Below, piece after piece: positions 52,550-64,000 of a DNA stretch of 64,000 nucleotides. Within the stretch, counting starts at the first letter, position 1; each line of letters begins with the position of its first letter. A model generated the notes under the pieces. That model had not been told where the DNA came from and did no database searches. It saw only the letters and a program-made list of their open reading frames with translations. This DNA comes from Paramecium tetraurelia (Eukaryota). The position numbers and the translations under genes are program-made. The DNA lies in NCBI GenBank assembly GCA_000165425.1, contig CT868219.1, positions 128,728 through 192,727 of the forward strand. The letters run 5' to 3'.

Positions 52550-53784
52550 AATGGATATATTATAATGTGATTATTAAAAAAATACATTTAATTTCGAAAA
52601 CTTCTTCTTCTTATTTAATTCAAGGTAATCCTAACCTTATTTATAATTGAAATAAGTTAATAAATTATATTCATTAATTATTATTATTCCAAAAATTTGG
52701 AAAATTAAGATCACTTAGGATTAGCATTCTGCTACCCTTTCATTTATTATTCCTAATCAAATGGAGGATTTTAAATAGTTTACTGTGTTCGAATCCTATT
52801 AAACTTATTATACTAAATTTTGAACTTGTTGATTTTTTTTCTCAAGTTCTTTTAACTTGATGATAATTATATTTATTTAAAGGCTACTTCTTTGATTTTT
52901 ATAGTCTTAATTGGATGCCTTTTCCAATTTAATTAAATTTAAGTTTAATCCTTGATTTTATGCCTAATATTATTTTCTCTATCTCATTGAATTGTTTAAA
53001 TATTAGATTAATTTAATGATTCAAAATCTGTATAAGTTAATGGTATTAGCATCTTGTATTGATTATAAGATTTATTGCATTGGTATCAATTAATATTGCT
53101 AAGTTCAATGGCTAGATGATTATAATTTTTTTAATTCTTCCTTAAGAAATTATTAAAAAACAACCTAATACAATATATTAACCCAATTTCAGGTTGTTTT
53201 CTAAATAAAAAGAAAATTTTAATTAGTGTATAAGATTTTTCTAAATGTTGAATTATCAATTTAATTAATTCACTTCTATTTCTATTTGAAAAATTTATTA
53301 ATTCAATTTTTCTTTTACATTTATTCATTGAAAATTCAGTAACAGTACCAACATTTCTATTATATTTTCATTTATCTTAAGTCTGATTTCTCTTTACCTT
53401 TGTTTAAACTCCTATAGATAGGATCAACAATAGAACGTGCCATTCTAGAGAATTAAAATAATTATTCTAGATCGATATTAATTTATCCTGGATTGGAAAT
53501 TTAAATTGACATAGAAGGAAAATCAGCTTAAAAATTAAGTATAATAAAATATCCGTTTATTCTCTAATATTTGCAGTTGGTCTCATCATATATTAGAATA
53601 ATTCTTGAAATATTTAGAATCGACTATTTTGATTCCATCTCTTCTTTAAATGGGTTTATAAATTTTCTGCTCAGTTAAGATAAGTTCTAATATTCTTATA
53701 AACTAATATTTGCTAATTAAGTAAATAATAATGTTAATGGCATTCAAAATTTTAAGTAAACAAATTAAGAGATCATAACTTTAG

Positions 53785-54943
53785 TCATTTTTACATACAA
53801 CTTTCAGGGTCATAACAGTATTAGTTAAATTATTCTTAAATATTAATAATAATAATACCATTAAGAGTTTTATTTCTGAGAATAGCATAATTATCATCCT
53901 GAGGGGTTTCAATAGAATCAAATGAAGAACTAGATTTTGAAACAGATTTTGGCTTATAAGGGGCAAGCATTATCTTTTTTGATAATAAATTCCAATCAAA
54001 TTAGGAAAACCATGGATGGTTTTTAACATCATTAGGATTTTAAGTTCCTAATCTATTAATTGGTTTTCTTTAAATTAACTAATACTATAAATTTGAATTA
54101 CTTGATTGACAAAATCTGCAGCCTCAAGAGACCAAGCCACTGGCAAATCCATTCTTTTCACTTAAACCTGTTGACCAAGAATTTACTCTCGTATTTCCTA
54201 TCTTGTTTTCCCAACATAAGGTCGTTTACCAAGCATGCATTCATATACTATAACCCCAAGTGCAAAAAAGTCTACAGAAATCCCATGGTTTTATCTACAA
54301 ATTACTTCAGGAGCCATATAACCTGGGGTACCACTTATATCTGATGAGTTTTCAGGTCTCCAAATTCTTGCAATTCCCATATCTGTAAGCCTCAAGTATC
54401 CTTTATCATCAAACACGAGATTTTCTGGTTTTAGATCTCTATGGATGATTCCTTACTAATGTAAATAGTCTAAGCTGGTAATTATGCAAGCAGCAAAAAA
54501 TTCTAAAATGAACAAATTTTCATACTCACTTCTTATTCCGAGAACCTTTTGTTTCTATATATATGGCATCTTAAGTCACCCCCAGTTAACAAATCTAATA
54601 CCAGATATAGGTTTTCCTTATCTTGGAATGCAGAATGCATATTCACAATAAAAGGGTGTCTTAGTTAGATTAGAAGGTTTTTCTCATTCAAAATTGCTGT
54701 AATGCTTTTTTGATTAATGATTCTAGCTTCGTTTGTAATAAATACTTTGCCTTAGACATTTTTTTGATGGCAAACAGCTGATTATTCTTTTTTCTTCTGA
54801 CTTTGAGAACTCTTCCAAAACCACCTTTGCCTAAGACTTCTAGGATTTCGTAATTTCTTATAGATTACACTGAAAGTATATTTAATATCCTTACTAGCTT
54901 CTTAGAACTCTTCCTTTTGGCCTAGGACATTGCAATTTCCCAT
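53785..54943 (-). CDS. AGC-group Ser/Thr kinase (YANK/STK32-like), N-terminal MGNC acylation motif
   Basis: [41 protein letters not shown]; three short introns. Confidence 0.92.
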
Positions 54944-55009
54944 AAATATGAATATTAATTATTACAGTCTTAATCATATATTATATTTGTCATATTTAAA
55001 TGTAATAGA

Positions 55010-56484
55010 TCATTTTAGACCATTATTCAAAGTTTCTCCAATTAAACTAATCCATTTCTTAGCATTTTAAGACTAATAGACTAATTTTATATTTTTACTT
55101 TAAAAATATATTTTTATTTTTCATCTATTATGACAAATTTATCTTGTTTAAGCAATTAGTATTTCAAAAATTAAGTAACATGAATCACAGTCTTTTTGTC
55201 ATTCAACTTTGGATTTGTATAATGAATTGAAGGAATATCATTGATAATTTATAATACTAGGAGTCTTGGAGAGTAGTATGATATAAGGACTATTTTTAAA
55301 ATGATTATTTTAAATTTTACATCCGGAATCTTTTTCAACCATTTCCTAATAGATAATTTTTGATATTGGTTCTTGGACAAAGGTTTTTGATTTTCTTTGA
55401 TCTCTATGGATTTGAAGAGGTTAAGGTGGATTCATTTGCCATAAGGAATTAAAATCAATATCAGCAAAATAGGGGTGACTCTTGATTTTGGAGTAATCGA
55501 CCAATCTATCATTTAGATCCTTCTCTAAAAATAGCTTCATCAAATCCTGGGCTTATTAAGGAACGCTCTTGACAATAAATGAGTAATTTAAATACTTATG
55601 GAAATATAATTTGATCTGTCACAATTTTTTTATATAAGTCTTCTGAGTCTTCTTTGCTTTCTGTTTTGAATGGTATGGTTCCAGTGTACATCTTATACAT
55701 CATGATGGCTAATGCCCATAAATCTGTCCCTGGACCTACTGGTTTATCAGAAATCATCTCGGGAGTCAAATACGCATTTGTTCCTACAAAGCTATATTGT
55801 CTTCTTCTCTCTGTATCTACAAAGTCTTTTCTGTAATTCTCTATGGCTTACACTATTTTTTGTGGAACCTTTTCCTAATCATAGATGACTGCAGTTCCGA
55901 AATCTATTAATTTAAGATGCTTCTCCTCAGTGATTAATAAATTTTCAGGCTTGTCTTAAATTGTAAATATACTTTTATGTCTCTATGTACTATTCCTTTT
56001 GAATGGATATATTCTAGAATGGATACAATTTCAGCCGTATAAAATTTTATTATTTGATGAGTCAACTTTTAATCTATATTAAGATTGATTTAATACTGCC
56101 ATAGAGCTTTAAAAATTCACCAAAACAATCCGATGCCAATTCAACTAAAAAGTACAAATTATTTTTGTCTTAAAATGTAGAATGTAATTTAATTATTCCA
56201 TCATATTTTAGATATTAAAGCATCTCTTTCTCAATGTATGCATGATGTTGCTTTTTATTCTAACTACTAGATATAATCGATACCAATTTCATAAAATTTT
56301 TATCTATTATTTTTATTGCATAGACCGGACATTGATTACTATTGCCTTTTTAAACATCCTCCTTCTTTTGGCAACTGTATACAGTACTATAAGCCCCATC
56401 ACCCATCTATTAGATCTTGATAAAATCTTCAATGCTTATTTTCTTTTTGATTGGAGTCTCTGTTTCTTACGAATTTTATATCAT
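55010..56484 (-). CDS. PDK1: 3-phosphoinositide-dependent kinase-1-like (kinase + C-terminal PH-like domain)
   Basis: EDF..MGDGAYSTV, YAIKIIDK, HLKLIDFGTA, SFVGTNAYLTPE, DLWAL; C-terminal PRLLVL..AKKWISLI. May be fused to the upstream B-box gene. Confidence 0.8.
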
Positions 56485-57704
56485 TAATATTATTATAAAC
56501 TCTAATTAACAAAATCAGGTCTAGTATTATTCCGCACATGAGGTTCTTCATAGATTATTTGTGATTAAGCAAAATAATCGTTTTCTACTTCGCACTTAGG
56601 CGCTGGAGCAGAATGGAATTGGTTCTGATTTTAGTACACTCTTTAGCTGGATTACGGTATTTATTATTAATGGAATTGATACTAAGATGGCGCTTAATTG
56701 AAAGGTGTTAATGGAATAAAATAAGGTTGTTATTGATACTGAACCGGATTTCTAGCTGGAGAAGCAAATTATGGAACTATAACTTATTATTTCATAGGTT
56801 AAATAGGGAATTATGCTAATTATCCTTTTTCTTCTTGCAATGGCAATTAAATGATATATTTAAGTCCCTCATGTAGTTTTTGAACAAATTTCTCTATGGA
56901 TACCGAAAGGTTCTTATAATCTTATTTCCATTTGCTATCCACATAATCTAAAAACCCATTCACATCTTGAACCTCTTTGGAATTTAATGTTTCCATTTGC
57001 ATATCGAATAGTTTACAAAATTCAATAGTAAAAGCATTACTAAAATAGGTTTTTATCATTTTCATGTAGTTATCTTTCATTAAATTTAATAGATAAATTC
57101 TACAAATTATTTAATCGAATTTACTTTTTATTTACAATTTCAGCTTCCTTATTGTTTTTAAATTCATATTCTTTATGATTTACATAGGTTTATATCTTTT
57201 AGAATGCTTCTTCAATATCATTTCCCATATTTTCCGAAACTTTCAATTGTTGATTTAATTATTCTAATTCATTAATGACTTTATTCCTCTCTTCCTAGTT
57301 ACTTAATTTAATCTCCTTTTATTTCTCCAGAAACTCTTTTTTAAAAACATCCATCTTTTTTTATACAACCTTCAAATTTTTTTCTACAACACTTTAAAAA
57401 TAAGTATTCTCATTTCCAATTCGATTTTCTTCTTGAATTAACTCAGATTCGCCTTTAATTAAATATTTCAACCCAAGACCTACATTTCTGCTGTTACTTT
57501 AATAAGTTTACAAGACTCCATTTTCTAATAAATTTGAAAGTTCTTCTAACTTTTTAAATTACAATTCAAATTTACTTTATGTGATTTTTCATGAATCTTG
57601 ACTGCACATGGTGAACACATTACTCGTTGCTAACACTATTTTTCTAAACAAACCCAACTGATTTTTTATTTAGGATGTTGAGTGCATGTTTAATCGAATT
57701 CCAT
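56481..57704 (-). CDS. B-box zinc finger + coiled-coil + P/Q-rich protein
   Basis: CTQHPKQKISWVCLEKQCQQRVMCSPCAVKIHEKSH; two introns (26 and 25 nt); frame traced to TGA 56483-56481. Confidence 0.75.
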
Positions 57705-57814
57705 TTTGTTAATGATAATTTATTATAAATTGTTTTATACAATTAACTGTCACCACTTTATAACCCAGTTTATTTTAATCTATTTAATTAATTTCAACAG
57801 CTAATTTTTATCAA

Positions 57815-58540
57815 ATGGATCCCAATCACTCAAGAAAGCCATCTCAAAATGCCAGAGCTTTGACTCTTGCTGATCTAGACTAACAATCAATATCAGAGGA
57901 CTCTGCTATGGACTTGGATTAATCACAATTGCACAGATTGGGAATCGATATTAGCAATATATAAGCAGCTGATGTGACTCAGAATGATGAACCTAGCAAA
58001 TCAATTATGCACTTTTCTAAGAAGAATAGCGATTCAACTACCAATGTTGACTTAACTTAGCACATATTCTAATTCAAGCAAAAAATTTAGGATCTGCAAC
58101 TGGAATTAGGATCTGATCGATCTGATCCTTATGAAATTTCTATACATTCATTTAAGAATCAAGAAGACAATTCGCAAAATAAAGGGTTGTGTGTTTCAGA
58201 AGCACTCGGTACAAACATTAACTCTTAAAATTAACTGAAAAATTAAGATTAATAAAATTCAACGTCGTATTAATTCAAGGCTCCAAACACATCTTTATCA
58301 TCTGGGGGTCTTAGTTATAATCTCCCGCATCTAAATTCAACTGGGAATAAAGCTCCTCTTAATGCTAATCCAATTGGAAACCTATATGAATAGTTAGAGT
58401 ATCATAGATTGAAATTTTATGATTCCTACATGCCAGAACAACATAAGGTACTCAATAATCCACTCAAATTCCTTAAATATAAATTGCATTAACAAAATAG
58501 ATATGCATTCGATCATTGTTTAGATTGCTTAATTCATTGA
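57815..58540 (+). CDS. Hypothetical protein (241 aa, S/N/Q-rich)
   Basis: Intronless ciliate-code ORF MDPNHSRKPS..DCLIH*. Confidence 0.7.
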
Positions 58541-59004
58541 AAATGATATATACAATTAATTAACTTTATGTAAATCTTATTTCCATTTTTATTAGTAATT
58601 TCTTAATTTAGATTTCTCAAGCTTAGCCTATTCTATTAGTTTTTCTTATACCAAATTATCAAAATGATGTCAATAACAATTATTGGATATTTTTTTACTA
58701 TTATTTCTAAGAAAAACAAATATTTAGAACAAAATTGTTTAAAGATAATAATTTCAACTTTTCCTTAAAGTTTCATTCCAGGAGTTTTTGTCATATTTAT
58801 TCATTTAATCAAAATTATTAGGAATTCGGTATTTCGTTAAGTGCAATTGCGAAAAAGGGGATTGCTCGATAGAGAGGTGTTGGGAAATGACAAACTAATT
58901 ATCAATTCGATTTGAAAAATAAATAAAAATTAGAAGTTAATTTGTCCATATTTTAAATTAAATTTGATTTAATACAATTTTGATATAATATGAAAAGATC
59001 ATAA

Positions 59005-59816
59005 TCAAGGATAAGGTCTATAATATGAAGGCATCATTTGTGACATCTAGAAATGAGGTGATAATTCATACCATCTATTATAATTGGTTATATTAATAAG
59101 TTAATTAGGAGTAGTTCTGAGTTAATTATTATTTTTCCTATTGCAATTACTGTACTCGGCCTTATAATAATAAATTCTAATATTTATTAATTTAAGTTTA
59201 TTTACCTATGTGTTTAATTATTAAATAAATAGAGCTTAACTCCTATTGGTCTCTTCTGCTTATAGATAAAGATTTGTGTCTAAATTATCTTACACCACAT
59301 CAGCTTTTTTCGGTAGTGATTCACCATAATTTGGTTTATCTGAAGTGGCTAAAAATTTAAAATTTGTAATTACTTTGGTTTAGAATTTCTTACTTGGTTT
59401 ATAAGGTTTTCTTGTTCTCTCTCTTTATTTTCTTTGAAGTGCGACCCTCCTTTCTATAAATTTGCATAATTGCCTTTGCAGTTGAAAAATTAATATTTAA
59501 TTCCTTAGCTGCGCTTTTTATAGTACAGCCTGTTGTAGACACTTGCTTTATCAACTTCTGTCGCTATTCATTTGATATTTTGGCATATTTTAGGCCATGC
59601 TTTCCTATGACTTTATTTTTTAAACTTACCTCTATATTTATAGAGAAGCTCCTTCTCCTCTTCAGGAGTTCTCTTGGACGAGGGCTTTTAGTTTAAGTCC
59701 TGCGCGAAATCATATGAAGAGTCAGAAGAATCTGATCCATGTGATGAAGTTGAAGAATCATCTTTTAGCATTTATTAGGGATCCTCTACCTTGGAAAGCT
59801 GCTCTATTGATGCCAT
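59005..59816 (-). CDS. Helix-turn-helix DNA-binding protein with C-terminal leucine-zipper-like coil
   Basis: YAKISNEQRQKLIKQV..TIKSAAKELNINFSTAKAIMQIYRKEGR; LQGRVQQLQQEKQQL heptads; introns. Confidence 0.8.
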
Positions 59817-60289
59817 ACAATTTGAACGTATCAATTTAAAACAATAATTGAAAAAAAATGTTGATATATCGGCATTTATATTCTGAAAATTTAATGTATG
59901 CTTATAAAAGATATGATAATATAAAAGTCTCTATTAATTCATATAAATATAATTAATTGCATTTCAAATTGAGGACGCAATCTATTCTGATAAAGTGAAT
60001 TGATTATTAGACTCCATCTTATATATTGTTGAAATGACAATAAAAAATATGTAATAGTCTCACACTTTACGTATTTAGATGGAATTTTCTACAGACATAT
60101 TTACGAAACTAAAAAGCAAATAGACAAGTTTTAAATCCCTCGAAGCACAAAGTCTACGTAGATTAGATAAAAACTAGCAATTTATATTTTTATAAGAATT
60201 AATTTAAACCATTCTTTTTTTTAAAAAAACTAAGAAACTTTCGAGCTTGTTAAAGTAATTGTCCAATATAATTTAGTTAAATAAAATGA

Positions 60290-61257
60290 TCAACTTTTCT
60301 AATGCAGTCCACGCTTACTTGTTTTCGTTTAATTCAACTTCAAATTTTTTTTATCAATTGGTTTTTTATTAGATGGTGAACGACTTAGTGATTTTTTGCT
60401 GTTATTTTTTTTATCTGTTTTAAGATTGTCTTTGGCTGATAATTTAGGTTTCATTATAGATTCTCCTTCTGATTGTTAAGCTACTGATTTTCTTGATTGT
60501 CTTTAAGGTTGTACTTAAGATAAAACTTTCTAATGATTAAAATCAGAATGTAAATTTTGCACATTACTCTTTAAGACATCTTGATCTTTTAATAGATTAT
60601 CCATAAGTAATTTCAAATCGCTTAACTATTATTCTACTATCTTATCATGATGCTGTCTTTCAGTATCTTGAATCTTGATTTAAGGATCTGGTTGTTATTC
60701 AAGTTTTGCTATACGTTGCTCTAATTTCTAATAATCTACTTTTAATGCGCTCTATCGAATTTCACTCATCATAACATCGATTTTACGATTTATGGATTTC
60801 TCAAACTACTCAAAAGCTGGTTATTAATCTTTTATTTAAGTAGCTTCCAATAACTCTAATCGATATTGGGTTTCATGTAATTGTTGATTAACGTTTCTCA
60901 ATTCATTATGATATAATTCCTCCATTTTTGTATTTATGTGCCTAGTAATCTTACCGTTTTCTTATTCTTAAGTCTCTGCAAAATTTTACAATAGTTTAAT
61001 TAACTTAATGAAGTTCTTCAACTTTTCATCATGATCTTCAATTAATTATTCTATGCCTCTCATTCTCTATTCATATTTCTTATGAACCATGGTTGCTGCC
61101 TACAAATTACAAATACTTATACTTTTTCCAATTGTTGCTCAAGATATTAAATATAATTTTCTTTATTGTGATGGAGCATTTTCCTATCTTCACTTGTTGT
61201 CTTTAAAATGGGGGACACGCTCCTTCTGTGCTTATCAGAGTAGTTAGAGTGATTCAT
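60290..61257 (-). CDS. Hypothetical coiled-coil protein with basic tail
   Basis: MNHSNYSDKHRRSVSP..NYIQYLEQQLEK..; one intron near 61100-61122. Confidence 0.7.
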
Positions 61258-61352
61258 CAAAATATCTGAATTAAATTACTGTTATTATTATTAGTTTGTT
61301 AAGAAATATTAAGCATATTTATTATTAAAATAATCAAAGAAAATAAAAATAT

Positions 61353-62291
61353 TCAATTTTTAGTTTATTAATTTTGAAACAATTATTAGGCAATACCCAG
61401 GATTCCAAAAATCTATAATTTATTCTTACTCAACACTTTCAAGTAATCCATAGATTTATGGGATTCCAAGATTAATTCCTCCTAAAATTAAAATTCAATT
61501 TTACTTCTTCTGAATTTGTCAATTGAGTCTTAACCAAAAGAAAGGGAAACTTAATTTTTTCTTATTCATTGATTTATCTTTCTTTATTAAACCTAATCAA
61601 GTTTTGAAGTGCCTCCTGCTTTTTTATAGAGTTTGTTAACTATTCTTTCTTTTATAATAATAATTCCTTTAATTTTTACTGTTAAATTAAATAATTAAAT
61701 ATACTTTTCGAATTATCAAATTCTACTTTGTTATGTTGACTTAGTTTTTTGTATTCTTTCTCATCAACTTCTTCTCCTTAACTACTATTCCAACGGAAAT
61801 CATGACATTTAAAGCATCATAAACTCTCCTCCTTAAATTTTTGACATCTTTTAATCCATAATCTTAATGGCCTTCCATTTCCTTTGTCATTTCATCCGTT
61901 AGCTTTTAGCATATTTCTGAGTATCCGACAGTATGATTTTGGAGTTCCTTTTCCACTCTCTTGCTTATGTATTTCAGACTCCATTTTTTCAATGATTTTG
62001 GAGAATTAAATTAACATTTACTAATTTCGAATGGCTCACTCTAGACAAACAATTTCTTATTAGTATTAGCTTGAGAATCGCAGGGGTCTTCAAAATCTAA
62101 AATATATAAATTTGCCACCAAATTATAGTATAAGCGCCAAAAATAGTGCGCGTTTATATATGGATTAATTGATTCAATTCATGAGATAAGTGTTAAGATT
62201 TTATACCTTTAATAGTGCCCTTTACAGGTGTCTGAAATACATTGAAATTCAAAGAATCCTCATCAAGTCTGAATTACCCTGTAAAGTCCAT
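61353..62291 (-). CDS. E2F dimerisation partner (DP/TFDP family) transcription factor
   Basis: WSLKYISKRV..YSEICQKL..KNLRRRVYDALNVMISVGIV (DEF box); NLIRFN..IKFPFLLV marked-box-like. Introns 62097-62206 plus two short ones. Confidence 0.92.
62134..62141 (-). promoter_or_regulatory. Canonical E2F site TTTGGCGC inside the DP first intron
   Basis: Exact TTTSSCGC match, flanked by AAACGCGC and TTTGGTGGC words. Confidence 0.55.
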
Positions 62292-62528
62292 AATGGATTA
62301 ATAAATTATATTAATAATATTTTACTAATTAAATACTATTAAAAAGGTTTTTATGCATTTATATTTAGATTTTTTAAGGAAATTTGATCTTCTTTTTACG
62401 CTGATTCTTGATAACCAAAAAGGATAGTTGGAGAATTAAAGAAGAATTGAGAATGAGAAACATTCATTTTTCTAATTATTATATAATATGTTCTTAAATA
62501 TAATAATAATACTAATAAATTGATGATT

Positions 62529-64000
62529 TCATTTTCTTGGCTTCTCTTAGTTAGCTAACATAATATATTAAAATAATACGATCGAATCCAAATTAAATGG
62601 ATGAGGTCTAAAGGAATCCTACTTAATTTGTTTAAGGCGTTTGACCAAAGAATCCGCCTAAGGTGTTGGGCAAACCTTGACTCTGTAGATTACTAAAATT
62701 AATTTCTAAAGTAATAGGGTATTGATACTTTATTAAGGTGGTGGAGCTGTATTCTTTTAGTCGAATACACTACTTGTACTTCCAAAAGTGGATGAATTAA
62801 TTATAAGAGGCCCAGGTTGACTTTATTACTAAATTCCTATAGAATTTTGCATTCCTTAAAATGGTTAATTGCTACAATTTAAAAATAAAGAAGTAGGTTG
62901 GGTTTAAGAGTAAGTGTTAAAATTTACATCTTACTTTTATGAGTTAAACATCGAAGAACCTAGTTATAAAGGAGCTTATGCTTATGGTTAGATTTAAGGT
63001 TCCTGTTAAGTCACATTATTGGCTGGTGTTACTTAAATTTCACTTGGTTAACCAAAAGTAAATAAAGTTGTTTGCTATGGTACTGGGGCTGGGGCTGGTG
63101 CAGGTGTAGATGTCTTTGGAATTTGATTTTATTCTTAATTTTCTGGTTTTTATAGATTTTATAATAGACTTTGAGATTCCTTCTTTGAATTTAAAAGCGA
63201 AGAATCTTCTTACTTCTTTTTACTTTACTCATTTTGTGCAGCATCTTTGGTTTCAGTTTTTATTCCTAAAAAGCTGCTGGCAGACTCTACATTAGGAGTA
63301 AGCGAGGAGAAAAGTAATTTTCCATCTCCAAAATTAGTATTAAATAGAGGAGGCTGACTCGGTTTTTATTATTATTTTTCAGTAGGGTTTTCGTTTGAAT
63401 TTAGGTTAAGCAGTTTATTTGAATTTTAAGTCTGTTGGGAAGTAAGTTATCCAAAAATATTTGATTCTACAGCGGGTTTATCTTAATTGGTTTTATCCTT
63501 TTCATTGGGTGTTTGTTGCTTTAAAATATTTGAATTCTGAGCAGATGCACCTGATTTATCATCTAGTTTTAGGTCTTTAAATAATCCAGTAGTATTATTT
63601 AGAGTTTGTTAACCAAACATGCTTTTTTCTTAATTACCTTCTGTTTTCAAAGGTTATCCAAATATGGCTTTTTCTTAATTGGCTTCTGTTTTTAGAGGTT
63701 ATCCAAATAAGGGTTTAGTGGATTCTTTAAGATTATCTTTTTGTTTGGAGGGATCAATTATTTGAGATTCTACCATATTCATTTCCCGCACACTTTAGAA
63801 GTCTGATTTAAAAGGATTTATTGATTCTTAATCTGATTCTTGACTTAAGAAGCCCCCCTTTGTTCTAGTCATCCCCTTATTATTGATATCGAATAATTAT
63901 TATTATGAATTGGCATCGCTTTTCTTTTCTAAACCCTTATCATTATCATCAAACAACTTATTATTTTTCTTTGATGTATCACTTGATTTATCTTTTCTTT
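62529..64000 (-). CDS. FG-repeat nucleoporin, C-terminal part (5' end outside window)
   Basis: LFGQ, IFGQ, MFGQ, NFG, TFGQ, FFGQ, QFG in an S/T/Q/P-rich background; ends EKPRK*; two introns. Confidence 0.75.
63610..63712 (-). repeat. 45-nt coding tandem repeat (xFGQPLKTExNQEKx)
   Basis: LFGQPLKTEANQEKA IFGQPLKTEGNQEKS MFGQ. Confidence 0.8.

Noticed and set aside
54370..54395. DMG instead of DFG in the AGC kinase as a sign of a pseudokinase
   Set aside because: The Mg-binding Asp, VAIK-type Lys and HRDLKPEN are intact, and DxG variants are compatible with activity.
53785..56484. PDK1 adjacent to an AGC kinase as an enzyme-substrate cluster
   Set aside because: Kinases are abundant here, and the AGC activation loop (SSDISGT) lacks the typical TFCGT PDK1 site, so the adjacency is probably chance.
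62097..62206. The long DP insert as a retained IES, or a 22-nt GTGG..AG intron as the alternative
   Set aside because: The TA-to-TA excision tried at the ends and the 22-nt intron both give an immediate TGA. Only the 110-nt GT..AG splice restored the frame.
1..64000. Short ORFs in the supplied track suggesting many fragmented genes or pseudogenes
   Set aside because: Artefact of the standard code. TAA/TAG fall at conserved Gln positions (e.g. FEN1 EAEAQC), and genes are continuous with the ciliate code plus tiny introns.
1..64000. CRISPR arrays, rRNA/tRNA genes, telomeric repeats, intact transposons
   Set aside because: None recognised by eye. The repeats seen are coding repeats or AAT microsatellites. 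A tRNAscan/Rfam run would be needed to exclude small RNAs.

Overview
Gene-dense, very AT-rich eukaryotic DNA from a ciliate somatic (macronuclear) genome, most likely Paramecium (inference). Genes read through TAA/TAG as Gln and stop only at TGA. Introns are tiny GT..AG introns of about 21-29 nt, and some intergenic gaps are only 10-90 bp. The supplied standard-code ORF track therefore fragments every gene, so I re-read the genes by hand with the ciliate code. About 31 protein genes are present. They include FEN1, a ULK-like kinase, eIF1, DNA pol delta, a NIPA/ZC3HC1-like protein, a CDPK, a BT1 transporter, a P4-ATPase, an MGRN1/LOG2-like RING ligase, a GTSF1-like CHHC protein, a CDCA7-type zinc-finger protein, a patatin lipase, a trichocyst-matrix-like protein, a GH38 mannosidase, AGC and PDK1 kinases, an HTH protein, an E2F-partner DP and an FG nucleoporin. 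Five observations stand out. (1) A receiver(REC)-NEK kinase-DEP-DUF547 fusion protein. (2) A 110-nt intron in DP that carries an E2F consensus site, with a similar site upstream of pol delta. (3) An ATGA stop/start overlap, or possible fusion, between a B-box gene and PDK1. (4) A secreted 4x LamG-like gene carrying two +1 frameshifts. (5) The GTSF1-like gene, which lies head-to-head with the LamG-like gene. Domain calls come from motif recognition by eye, not database searches.
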